This document shows positions 1-8,805 of a stretch of 28,565 bases of DNA, piece by piece (position 1 is the stretch's first letter; every line of letters starts with the position of its first letter). The notes under the pieces were generated by a model. The model had not been told where the DNA came from. It searched no databases and saw nothing but the letters and a program-made list of their open reading frames with translations. Location: NCBI GenBank assembly GCA_044345055.1, contig JBIJBT010000031.1:1-28565 (forward strand). The letters are read 5' to 3'. Made by a program: the position numbers and the translations under genes. This DNA comes from Bdellovibrionota bacterium. Lineage in GTDB: Bacteria > Bdellovibrionota_C > UBA2361 > OMIW01.

Positions 1-457
1 GAATACAAAAGCCCCATAACTCACGATAGGCAGAAACCTTCGCCCAAAAGTATGAAGCTAGAAACCAGTGCCGCGACTCTCGTTGTTTTCTCTCTCGTGA
101 AAATCTAACAGAAAAGAGTTCGCTGAATCCTCAAACCCCAAACACTCTTTGGTTTGAATCTTCTAAAAAAGCAAAAAATCCTTTGAAATATTGATATTCT
201 CAAGGATTTCGTGTTTTTATGTCCGTTGAAATGTACCCATGTAAATAGGTAATATGAGAATTGTATTTGCCGTTCTAATCGGTATTTGCGATATAAAAAG
301 TCTGAATGCGGTCCAGTATTCGATAAAGTCGATTGTTCCGAACTGGCCAAAGTAGGTTGTCATTTTGATAATTGTCAAAACCGCTGACGTAACTTCGTCG
401 GAAAATGGGAGCATGAGAGAAAAAGTCTCACGTTCCCGAAGGTCCTACCAAGTTTCT

Positions 458-1651
458 CTAGCCTAACCTTTCTGCGACCGCAAATGCTCCTTGACCGCCG
501 CCGATGCACATTCCGACGCCGAAGTAGCGGGCGGAGATGCGGTGGGCTTCGTGGAGGGCGGTGGTGAAGATGCGGGCGCCGGTGCAGCCGAGGGGGTGCC
601 CTAGAGCTATCGCGCCGCCATTAGGATTTATGATTGCTGGGTTGAGGCCGAGAGTGCGAATTATCGCTACTGATTGAGAGGCAAATGCCTCGTTAATTTC
701 GATGACACCAAGGTCGGAAGAGGAGAGTCCAGCAAGATTCAGCGCCTTAGGAATGGCGTCTATCGGAGCAACACCCATCAGCGCTGGATCGTTTCCGGTT
801 GTAGCGAAGCTTAAGATGCGGGCGAGGGGGGTGAGATTATGGGTTTTGACTGCATCTTCGCTCGCGAGAAGCACGGCAGCGGCGCCATCTGAGATCTGAG
901 AGGCGTTCCCAGCAGTTACTGAACCGGTGGTGGTGAATGCAGGTTTTAGCTTTGCAAGGGACTCGAAAGAGGTGTCAGCACGAGGCCCTTCATCTGTGAG
1001 GAGTGAAAGAGAGCGCTCAACTGCTCGGCCATTCTCATACACCACGCGATTGAGATTTATCGGTAGTGTCTCATCGACGAAACGGTTTTCCCGTTGAGCA
1101 GCTATCGCACGACGGTGAGATTCAACGGCGAAGGCATCCTGATCTTCGCGCGATATTTGATACTCTCGAGCGACATTTTCTGCAGTCATACCCATGCTGA
1201 TATAGGTGGCTGAGTGAGCTCCTGCGAGTGCCGGATTTAGGAACGGTTGATGCCCAGCCATCGGAATACGTGTCATCGATTCAACGCCGCCCGCGATTGC
1301 TACACCGCAACGACCCATCGCAATAGCATCATTTGCAGCAATAATTGCCTGAAGACCAGAGGCGCAAAAACGATTTACCGTCTGGCCTGTTGTTGTAACA
1401 GGCAATCCTGCTCTGAGTGCTGCAATTCTCCCAATATTGAAGCCCTGCTCTGCCTCTGGAAATGCGGAGCCAATCACCACATCATCGATCGCATCGTTGG
1501 GTAGATTCGGTACCCGCTCGAGCAGCCCCTGAATCGTGAGCGCTATAAGATCATCGGGACGAACGAATTCGAGAGTGCCTCGTCTTTTTGGTGTTCCCGC
1601 TTTCGCGACCGGCGTTCTAACAGCTTTTACGATAAAGACATCACGAGCCAT
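458..1651 (-). CDS. fadA: Acetyl-CoA C-acyltransferase (3-ketoacyl-CoA thiolase)
   Basis: Thiolase motifs NRFCASG (catalytic Cys), [45 protein letters not shown] at 1651 ([13 protein letters not shown]) is preferred over the TTG at 1681. Confidence 0.95.
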   Translation of the reverse strand: MARDVFIVKAVRTPVAKAGTPKRRGTLEFVRPDDLIALTIQGLLERVPNLPNDAIDDVVIGSAFPEAEQGFNIGRIAALRAGLPVTTTGQTVNRFCASGLQAIIAANDAIAMGRCGVAIAGGVESMTRIPMAGHQPFLNPALAGAHSATYISMGMTAENVAREYQISREDQDAFAVESHRRAIAAQRENRFVDETLPINLNRVVYENGRAVERSLSLLTDEGPRADTSFESLAKLKPAFTTTGSVTAGNASQISDGAAAVLLASEDAVKTHNLTPLARILSFATTGNDPALMGVAPIDAIPKALNLAGLSSSDLGVIEINEAFASQSVAIIRTLGLNPAIINPNGGAIALGHPLGCTGARIFTTALHEAHRISARYFGVGMCIGGGQGAFAVAERLG

Positions 1652-1697
1652 TATGATTCTCAGAAAAATATTCTCAACCAAATAAAGGGCGTACCGA

Positions 1698-4031
1698 CTA
1701 TCGAGCTAAACCCTTCAAGAAACGACCTAGTTTGTGATGGGTTCCCTCTTGGGAAAGAAGAGCCACAAATTGCTCACGTTCAAGATTAAGAAGGTAGCAC
1801 TCAGAAACATACTGCGGACCCGATATCGCCCCTCCCGTCATCACAAAAAGAAGAGTCTGAGCAAGAAAGGCATCGTATGGAGATATAAATCCAGCATGTT
1901 TCATCTCTTCGAGCCGCTGTTCAAATGGAGCTCGGCCCTCAGCGCCAAGAACAAATATATCGCCGCGTGGAGGGCGAGCGGTGAAGGGCCCGATAGTATG
2001 GGAGAGGGCGAGCGCTTTTGCTGCGGGAATAATCTGATCTTTGCACGGAATAATCCGCGAGCCTGTCCCAAAAAATCCAGCATCAAACGCTTCATAGCCG
2101 TTATTCGTCACGACCCCCATCGCGATCCGCTCAAATCCCTGCCGAAAAAAAGGAAGTATCCCCGCGAGATCTTTGCTCGCTGCACGCTCGGCTGCAAGGA
2201 ATGCAAAATGGGTCGATCCAACTCCAGCGGGAATAAGACCTACTCCTAATTCAACTAGTCCAACAAAGCTCTGAGGGTGAGCAACAACATAGGGAAGAGC
2301 AAGCGAGAGTTCTGCGCCTCCTCCGAGAGCAAGCCCTTTTATCGCGCCGACCAGCGGTTTAGGAAAGGTATAGATGCGGTTCATCAGCCTTTGAAAACGG
2401 CTCACCAGCGCATCGACTGCACCGATCTGGCCTGCCTGAACTGCAGTTGCAATTTCCTTGACATTTGCACCGCCGCAGAACGAACCACTTGCAGGATTCC
2501 CTATCACCATACCTCGCCAATCATCACTACTCTCGAGAAGATCGAGGGAATGCTCAAGCTCGGCTATAACAGCGAAGGAAAGAGTATTTGCCTTTGAGCG
2601 AAATTCGAAATGCGCAATTCCATCGCCCAGATCCAGTAGGGCGGACTCTGGTTGAATCCGAATAGTAGGGGCGGAGGAGGGGAAGTTCTCATCAATAGTT
2701 TGGATAGCACCGTGCTTGGCGATAGCGGTGGTAACCCATTCTGGAAGCACTAGTCCGTGTTGGGATATTCGGGCTGCGATATCAGCTGCTCCCAGTGCGT
2801 TCCAGAGCTGAAAAGGTCCAATATCCCACAAAAAGCCCGCTCTCAGCGCAGTATCGAGGTCGGCGGGAGAATCTGTTATCTCAGGAATACAGATTGCGCA
2901 GTAATGGAGAAGTTCGAGAAGATATCGCCTAGTAAAATCGCCCGCTCGGCCGGGAAGATCGAGCAGCGCCCGCACCCGTTCAGGAGCTGTTGCGAGTCGT
3001 GTAATCGACGAAATATCTCCTAGATTCGCTAACCCAGTAGATGGTCGATACTCAAGAGTTTCGTGATCAAGGTTCCAGATCGTATTTGTCGCACGATCTT
3101 TGGTTGAAAAACCGCGCCCCTTTTCAGCCCCTAGATCTCCCCGCTCAACGAGTCGTCGAAGCTGTTCCGGTGGATTAAATACACCTCGGTATGGGTCGTT
3201 TGTAAGGTGTTGGTGTAACCCACTAGTAACGTGCAAAACCGTTGAAAGACCTACTTTATCAGCGGTGCGAAAAGTTGCCGAAGCAGGGCGACCCACCAGT
3301 GGTCCCGTGAGAGTTTCAATCTCCTCAATTGTATAGCCGCCTGTTGCAAACTCCTGCATCGCGCGCATTAAAGCGAATACACCGATTCGATTCGCAACAA
3401 ACGCGGGTGTATCGTGAGCTACTACAACCTCTTTGGCGAGGATATGAGATGCAAAATCGGTTGCAATCTTACGTTGAGCTGAAGTCGCTTCAGGGGCAAA
3501 TATCAACTCGAGGAGTTCCAGCGGTTCTGGATTAAAAAAATGAAATCCACCGACAAATTGCGAGCGTAACTGAGGAGACAGTCCATGAGCTATCATCTTA
3601 ACGGGTATGCTACTCGTATTTGAAACAAGCAGTGCATCGGCGCGCAGATATGGCTCTAATCGACGAAAAAGGGCGAGTTTCTCTTCCAGATTTTCCCTGA
3701 TTACCTCAATCACAAGATCGGCGCGTTGGATCAGCGGAAGATGTTCGTCGTAGTTTCCAGCGGTAATCCGGCGAAGATCGCTTTCTCGATAAAAAGGGCG
3801 TGGTTTGAGCCCCGGTAGCCGCGCAATCGCTTCCTCAGCGAGTTTATTTGGGCTGTTCGGAGTTGCTAAATCTAGCAACGTGACAGAAAGTCCAACGCTC
3901 GCCAAACGCGCCGCTATCTGTCGACCCATAATCCCCGCCCCTAAAACGGCAGCGTGTCTAATGGAGGAGGCGGCGCTCACTGGCTTGGCATTCAGTGTCG
4001 ATGCGTGAGAGGAAGATGGGCTCGTTGTCAT
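1698..4031 (-). CDS. fadN: 3-hydroxyacyl-CoA dehydrogenase / enoyl-CoA hydratase fusion (FadN-type, HADH N-terminal)
   Basis: Rossmann motif AVLGAGIMG, SNTSS, HFFNP, PAFVANRIG; C-terminal crotonase motifs FCGGAN, ALGGGAEL, GLVELGVGLIP; lies directly upstream of the thiolase. Confidence 0.9.
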   Translation of the reverse strand: MTTSPSSSHASTLNAKPVSAASSIRHAAVLGAGIMGRQIAARLASVGLSVTLLDLATPNSPNKLAEEAIARLPGLKPRPFYRESDLRRITAGNYDEHLPLIQRADLVIEVIRENLEEKLALFRRLEPYLRADALLVSNTSSIPVKMIAHGLSPQLRSQFVGGFHFFNPEPLELLELIFAPEATSAQRKIATDFASHILAKEVVVAHDTPAFVANRIGVFALMRAMQEFATGGYTIEEIETLTGPLVGRPASATFRTADKVGLSTVLHVTSGLHQHLTNDPYRGVFNPPEQLRRLVERGDLGAEKGRGFSTKDRATNTIWNLDHETLEYRPSTGLANLGDISSITRLATAPERVRALLDLPGRAGDFTRRYLLELLHYCAICIPEITDSPADLDTALRAGFLWDIGPFQLWNALGAADIAARISQHGLVLPEWVTTAIAKHGAIQTIDENFPSSAPTIRIQPESALLDLGDGIAHFEFRSKANTLSFAVIAELEHSLDLLESSDDWRGMVIGNPASGSFCGGANVKEIATAVQAGQIGAVDALVSRFQRLMNRIYTFPKPLVGAIKGLALGGGAELSLALPYVVAHPQSFVGLVELGVGLIPAGVGSTHFAFLAAERAASKDLAGILPFFRQGFERIAMGVVTNNGYEAFDAGFFGTGSRIIPCKDQIIPAAKALALSHTIGPFTARPPRGDIFVLGAEGRAPFEQRLEEMKHAGFISPYDAFLAQTLLFVMTGGAISGPQYVSECYLLNLEREQFVALLSQEGTHHKLGRFLKGLAR

Positions 4032-4146
4032 TGATGGCTTTTATTGTGGATACGTTGATCGAGCAGGCTTGCCTGACTTGTGTCAGCTCGTCAGAGCGCT
4101 TTAGCGAGTGGGTGATTATAGAATCGGACAAGTAAGGGCGGTTTGT

Positions 4147-4659
4147 CTATGAGGTAAGTGATCCGGAGATGCGGTTTCTCCGTTTTTGAGAGGTTTCATC
4201 CCACAGGAAAAAAATGAGAGCTAAAATTGTAAGAGCACTCCAGCCAACGAGAAAGATCGACAATAAACCCTTGTTATTTAGAAATCCTATCAGAGGAGCA
4301 AGCCCGATGTAGGGTACGGTTCGAAGGAAAGATGCCACTGATAACACAGTTGCACGAGCTGATTCGTCGCAAGCGAAAAGTGGGGTAAATTGGGATAATT
4401 ATTGCCACATAACGGCACAACGCAAGAGAACAGAATCGGATAAAGCAGCTCTCAAGGTGCCAAGGGAACGCCTGAGTGTATTAGAGATAGGAATCCGTTT
4501 TTGCGGAACTACCCGATTTTCAACGTACTCAACGGCCCACACAAGTTAATCTGCTCCGAAGGAGTTCCATGCCAGAGAGACTATCCACCTCCATCTCGGA
4601 TAGACATCGTAAAGATTGCCTTCCAAAACGGTAAAGGCTAACTCTGCGACAAGTACTAT
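4147..4659 (-). pseudogene. Probable decayed MFS transporter (C-terminal helices recognisable)
   Basis: The frame of ORF 4147..4347 extended upstream reads ..DESARATVLSVASFLRTVPYIGLAPLIGFL.. plus a final hydrophobic helix, resembling MFS TM11-12. The same frame carries stops at 4399-4401, 4546-4548 and 4660-4662. The upstream extent is uncertain. Confidence 0.45.
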
Positions 4660-4835
4660 CTAAACAGATTAGATCTCCAATTTTCACCAATGAATATAAG
4701 AGCATTCAAAAGAATTTTCCGCAAAGGGAGCGTTGCTGAGTATTCAAAGAGGCTAACACGGCTTACGCGAACTCCACTCGAACATGCATACTTATCCGTT
4801 CAAGAAGATTGGTTCCACCGAATGCCCGATAATTG

Positions 4836-4867
4836 GGATTGATTTTCCTCTGCCGAAAAATCAATCC
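4836..4867. terminator. Perfect 11-bp inverted repeat downstream of ffh
   Basis: GGATTGATTTT-N10-AAAATCAATCC, 27 nt after the ffh stop. The stem is AT-rich and there is no long U-tract on the minus strand, so an operator role is also possible. Confidence 0.45.
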
Positions 4868-4894
4868 ACAAAAAACTAAGCTACACATCGACCT

Positions 4895-6256
4895 CTACCG
4901 AAACATTCCGCCAAATCCAGGAATCTTTCCCCCTAACATCTTGGCAAGCTCTCCGATGCCGCCTTTTGTGATTTTATGCATCATCGTTTTCATCTGGGTA
5001 AATTGGGTCATTAGCTGATTTATCTCTTCAACCGAGGTGCCTGAACCGCGGGCTATGCGACGGCGGCGCGAGCCGTCGAGGATCGTATGATTGCGCCGCT
5101 CTTTCGGCGTCATAGACAGAATAATAGCCTCGATCCTCTTCATCTGTTTTTCGGGAAGTTCCGGATCAACTCCCTCGAGCATTTTCCCCATCCCTGGAAT
5201 CATCGCTGTCAGCGAGGATATCGGACCCATTCGTTGAACCATTCGCATTTGATCCAAGAAATCTTCAAGATCAAACTGATTCTTTTTAAATTTCTTTTCG
5301 AGCGCTCGCGCATCCTCTTCAGATACTTCGCGCTGGGCCTTTTCTATCAGCGTTAGAACATCTCCCATTCCAAGAATGCGTGATGCCATTCGGTCAGGGT
5401 GAAATAGTTCGAGACCTTCGGGCTTTTCACTCACTCCTACAAACTTAATCGGTTGACCAGTGACGAATCTCATCGATAGTGCGGCACCTCCGCGGGCATC
5501 TCCATCGAGCTTGGTAAGAACCAATCCCGTTATTCCTAATGTTTTGTGGAAGCCCTGTGCGATGTCGACGGCCGACTGTCCGGTCATTGAATCAGCGACG
5601 AGGAGCGTTTCGTGCGGTTTTATAACCTCCTTCATCTGACGAACCTCCTCCATTAACCGTTCATCGATCTGGAGCCGCCCGGCGGTATCGATGATCACCG
5701 TATCCATTCCATCTCGTTGCGCCTGTGCCACCCCGTTTCGTGCGATGTCGACAGGATCCATATCGACAGTTGATGCGAAAACAGGCACCTGAAGCTGCCT
5801 TCCGAGAGTTTCAAGCTGTTTAATAGCTGCAGGCCGGTAGATATCCGCAGGCACAAGAAGCGCCTTTTTCTTCATCTCACGGCGGAGAAGAAGGGCTAAT
5901 TTTGCTGCAGTCGTAGTTTTACCTGCGCCCTGTAAGCCGACCAGCATGATAATAGTTGGAGGCTGCGCTGAGATATTTAGTTGGGCTGATCCGGGCCCCA
6001 TTGTCTCCGTCAATTCGTCGTATACCAACTTGATGATTTGTTGAGCCGGACTAAGGCTCTTTAAAATATCGCCGCCGAGCGCCTTTTGAGCAAGGCGATC
6101 GCAAAACCCCTTTGCAACCACAAAATTTACATCTGCGCTCAGAAGCGCCATCCGAACCTCTTTCAGGGTCTCCTCAATGTCTTTTTCGGAGATGCGAGTT
6201 TTTCCCTTTAGGCGAGCAAATGCACTTTCGAGTTTTGATTGAAGAGCGGGGAACAT
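4895..6256 (-). CDS. ffh: Signal recognition particle protein Ffh
   Basis: ALLSADVN, GLQGAGKTT, DIYRPAA, DTAGR, TKLDGDARGG, FHPDRMASRILGMGD, Met-rich M domain with SRRRRIARGSG. Confidence 0.98.
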   Translation of the reverse strand: MFPALQSKLESAFARLKGKTRISEKDIEETLKEVRMALLSADVNFVVAKGFCDRLAQKALGGDILKSLSPAQQIIKLVYDELTETMGPGSAQLNISAQPPTIIMLVGLQGAGKTTTAAKLALLLRREMKKKALLVPADIYRPAAIKQLETLGRQLQVPVFASTVDMDPVDIARNGVAQAQRDGMDTVIIDTAGRLQIDERLMEEVRQMKEVIKPHETLLVADSMTGQSAVDIAQGFHKTLGITGLVLTKLDGDARGGAALSMRFVTGQPIKFVGVSEKPEGLELFHPDRMASRILGMGDVLTLIEKAQREVSEEDARALEKKFKKNQFDLEDFLDQMRMVQRMGPISSLTAMIPGMGKMLEGVDPELPEKQMKRIEAIILSMTPKERRNHTILDGSRRRRIARGSGTSVEEINQLMTQFTQMKTMMHKITKGGIGELAKMLGGKIPGFGGMFR

Positions 6257-6339
6257 GGACTAATCACCTTGATAAGGTTTCAGATAAACTGCAAGCAGGA
6301 GCCGATGGACCAAGGTCGGCCGCTATCGCTGCTGCTCGC

Positions 6340-6369
6340 AGTGTATCCTCTGATTACCGTGATGATCAA
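6340..6369 (-). promoter_or_regulatory. Candidate sigma70 promoter for ffh
   Basis: Minus strand TTGATC-N18-TACACT, about 85 nt upstream of the ffh ATG. Confidence 0.45.
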
Positions 6370-6400
6370 TCGAGCGGATAAGATCGAAATTCTGTGGGCC

Positions 6401-7123
6401 CTAAGCCGCTCTCGCCGTTATACCCAATTTCTGAATAATCAGCTCAAGTTCGCAAGGTGAGGTGACTGAGGCCGCCTCGTTCTGTATTGTTGTATCGACC
6501 CGAATCTCGCCTTCTGCGAGTGCCTTTGAGAACGATTCTACTTCACGATAGTACTCGTAAAGCTGACTCCTGGTTGCAGAAAGCGTAATCTCGGTTTGAA
6601 GAAGTTCTTCTCGTGTTGAGAAAAATAGTGGTCCCAGAATAAGAGGGCTTAGTACTTTTGAGGGGAATGAGATCTTACCAAGGTCATGATCCTTTAGTTG
6701 AATATCAACAACCTCCCCCTGGAGAGGGCGGCGACGGTCCTTGAGAGAAAATTCGGCGTGTTTTGCAAACCCCTCCGAAAGTTCGCGACCCATAGCTTCC
6801 AGCTCTGATAGCTCGCCCGAAGGGAGTTCAGGCAGCCGTGCGCGGTAAACAAGTCTCTCCAATTCAGATAGGACAAAATGTATGGATGCCAGCGAGTCCG
6901 AAATACCTTGGCAAATCTTACTAGCCTCGTTTAGAGCTACACTGGTCGGATGTACATAACCACCGCTACTCTCTTCACTGCTCGTTCGATAATACTCACC
7001 ACAATCTACTGGTCGCGTTATGAAATTGCTAATTACTCCAGCTATTAGCTCTCTATGCAATGTCGAGCATTTTTCTGAATATCCGAAACAATGAAGAATT
7101 TCTGAACCTTTTTTAGCCTCCAT
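6401..7123 (-). CDS. Hypothetical protein, probable highly diverged flagellin-like (D1 helices)
   Basis: Strong SD GGGAGGTGGT-ATG. Residues about 63-145 follow the hydrophobic/heptad pattern of the flagellin N-terminal D1 helices almost without gaps, and a sigma28-like promoter lies upstream. The ORF is likely real; the family call is an inference. Confidence 0.55.
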   Translation of the reverse strand: MEAKKGSEILHCFGYSEKCSTLHRELIAGVISNFITRPVDCGEYYRTSSEESSGGYVHPTSVALNEASKICQGISDSLASIHFVLSELERLVYRARLPELPSGELSELEAMGRELSEGFAKHAEFSLKDRRRPLQGEVVDIQLKDHDLGKISFPSKVLSPLILGPLFFSTREELLQTEITLSATRSQLYEYYREVESFSKALAEGEIRVDTTIQNEAASVTSPCELELIIQKLGITARAA

Positions 7124-7236
7124 ACCACCTCCCTCTCGTCCCTGAAGACTCGAATTAACCTCTGCTGCAAAGATGTAACGGTATGCCCCATCAGTTGGTA
7201 ACCGTATTCAGTTTGCCCGCAACCCCTCTCTAAATC

Positions 7237-7263
7237 GAATCGGCTATTTAGCCGGAAACTTGA
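7237..7263 (-). promoter_or_regulatory. Sigma28 (FliA)-like promoter
   Basis: Minus strand TCAAGTTT-N11-GCCGATTC versus the consensus TAAAGTTT-N11-GCCGATAA; 113 nt upstream of the ATG at 7123. Confidence 0.65.
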
Positions 7264-7331
7264 GAGAAAAATGGATTGAAACTCCCGGAAATGGTTCGAA
7301 GCCATTTTTTTCATGCTATTATAGGCAAGGA

Positions 7332-7348
7332 CCGGCCTTTCAGTTGCT
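7332..7348 (+). promoter_or_regulatory. Possible sigma54 -24/-12 element
   Basis: CCGGCCTTTCAGTTGCT has GG-N10-GC spacing with TTGCT, 41 nt upstream of ORF 7390; the -24 half is an imperfect match. Confidence 0.3.
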
Positions 7349-7389
7349 AAAGGTCTTTGAATGAATCTTGGTGAACCCCGGAGTAGATC

Positions 7390-7755
7390 ATGACGACTAC
7401 TGAACCAATTCCCTCATCATCCCCCAACTCGTGGGCGTGGTGGCCGTTCCTATTTGGAGTAGTGGTGGGTTATGTGCTTTTTCGTCCTGGTGGGGTCGTT
7501 GATTACTTTCTTCTTCCAGGTGGATTCCGCGATGAAGTAGCGTCTCAATCTGTGATGCCGCAGGGAGGAGGTGGAAGCATCTTTAACCAAGGACAAGATA
7601 GCCGAAATAACCAATACCAGAGACGTCCGGAATCGGGTGGTGATATCGGGGGAGAGGATTGGTTTAACGAGGGCGATAGTGAGAGCCCAATACCTGCTCC
7701 GCAGCGCCCAGGTAAGTCAATAGCTTTACCGCCAACGGATCTTTTCGGTCCTTGA
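7390..7755 (+). CDS. Small single-pass membrane protein with a Gly/Pro/acidic disordered tail
   Basis: SD GGAG before the ATG; hydrophobic segment WAWWPFLFGVVVGYVLF followed by a low-complexity tail. Confidence 0.65.
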   Translation: MTTTEPIPSSSPNSWAWWPFLFGVVVGYVLFRPGGVVDYFLLPGGFRDEVASQSVMPQGGGGSIFNQGQDSRNNQYQRRPESGGDIGGEDWFNEGDSESPIPAPQRPGKSIALPPTDLFGP

Positions 7756-7834
7756 GTTTCGCTTCGAAATAATCGAGATTGAAGAATGAATAGCCATGGC
7801 AAGAAAGCGCCATGGCCCTTAAAAGTCCGATCGT

Positions 7835-8173
7835 TTATTTCCCAGTCACGCTCAACCAAAATTGTTGCAACCAATTGACAGTTGCACTCTGGTGCGCATT
7901 TTTGTCGATGGTGTCGCCTCGACTAGCTCGATCTAAAAGAGCTTCGAGCTCGCCTTTATCCAACCAAATTCCCCCCGATTCAGTGCACCGATCAATCGTT
8001 ACGCCAAGAACCTGTTCCCTTGTCATCGGCTTACCGCTAACGGGACTTTTAAGAGGTGACTCGGTTAGAGGTGATTCTGATTTCCGGGCAAGGCTCTCGA
8101 GAGCGGCATTGTTTTGCCGCTCAATGTACTCTTCTTCAAGGGCGCGTCGCCGATCATCCCATGAGTTGCTCAT
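7835..8173 (-). CDS. zf-TFIIB-like Zn-ribbon family protein with degenerate ligands
   Basis: MSNSWDDRRRALEEEY..SPVSGKPM..GVTIDRCTESGGIWLDKGELEAL. SD GAGGGTG precedes the ATG at 8173, so that start is preferred to 8329. Confidence 0.75.
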   Translation of the reverse strand: MSNSWDDRRRALEEEYIERQNNAALESLARKSESPLTESPLKSPVSGKPMTREQVLGVTIDRCTESGGIWLDKGELEALLDRASRGDTIDKNAHQSATVNWLQQFWLSVTGK

Positions 8174-8375
8174 ATCGTTATCACCCTCAAAAATTAACTT
8201 TTCCAAATGAGTGGGCGCGTGGCGAAGTTTTTGAAACGCCGAACACGATGTGCTTTCACAGCTTAGCTCACTAATCGAATCGTCCCAGAAGTCGGCGATC
8301 GGCGCAATTGTTGAAGAAGAGGCAGCCACCGTAAATTTAAAGTTGCGGAGAAAATTTTTTTAGTCCCGTTTACTG

Positions 8376-8405
8376 TTGACGAGAGCACCGTAACTCAGGT
8401 ATCAA
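8376..8405 (+). promoter_or_regulatory. Candidate sigma70 promoter for the tRNA pair
   Basis: TTGACG-N18-TATCAA with an A/T tract upstream; the -10 element is imperfect. Confidence 0.35.
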
Positions 8406-8420
8406 TATGGCGTCTTTTAC

Positions 8421-8494
8421 GCGGGCGTAGCTCAGCTGGCTAGAGCGCCTCCTTGCCAAGGAGGAGGTCGAGGGTTCGAATCCCTTCGCCCGCT
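8421..8494 (+). tRNA. tRNA-Gly (GCC)
   Basis: Acceptor GCGGGCG/CGCCCGC, D-arm GCTC/GAGC, anticodon arm CCTCC-TTGCCAA-GGAGG, T-arm GAGGG-TTCGAAT-CCCTT, discriminator U; CCA not encoded. Confidence 0.97.
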
Positions 8495-8658
8495 TATTCC
8501 GTTCAAGAGGAGTTGTCATTCATAACTTCTCGGACAAATGGGGTAAACCACCCCAGAAACTACCGATAAGAATAGAATCGCTCCGGCGGGGCGAAGTTGG
8601 GGGCGGTGAGGCACGAAAAATAGGTTCCGATACCGATTTTTTTGTGGCGGAAGAAGGC

Positions 8659-8731
8659 GCGGGTGTAGCTCAGTTGGTAGAGCGCTTGCTTCCCAAGCAA
8701 GATGCCGAGGGTTCGAGTCCCTTCACCCGCT
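8659..8731 (+). tRNA. tRNA-Gly (CCC)
   Basis: Acceptor GCGGGTG/CACCCGC, anticodon arm CTTGC-TTCCCAA-GCAAG, T-loop TTCGAGT, discriminator U; CCA not encoded. Confidence 0.97.
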
Positions 8732-8805
8732 TTCTCGAGTGGTCCCCCCGCCAATATTCACCTGATCATCCTGACATTTCGACTCTAACCTAACCACTTA
8801 AAACG

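Noticed and set aside
105..414. Short minus-strand ORFs (81 and 65 aa) downstream of the thiolase
   Set aside because: AT-rich, overlapping each other, no motifs; no acyl-CoA dehydrogenase remnant seen. More likely intergenic.
702..4008. Numerous plus-strand ORFs inside fadA/fadN
   Set aside because: Antisense shadows of well-supported genes.
7045..7314. 89-aa ORF overlapping the start of the flagellin-like gene (possible frameshifted N-terminus)
   Set aside because: It spans the sigma28-like promoter and the strong SD of ATG 7123, and has no flagellin N-terminal motif.
8174..8329. 52-aa N-terminal extension of the Zn-ribbon ORF
   Set aside because: A good SD and a family-like start occur at ATG 8173.
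8560..8754. 64-aa minus-strand ORF
   Set aside because: Antisense translation of tRNA-Gly(CCC).
8495..8805. Genomic island at the tRNA-Gly genes
   Set aside because: No integrase and no repeated tRNA 3' end seen; housekeeping genes follow directly.
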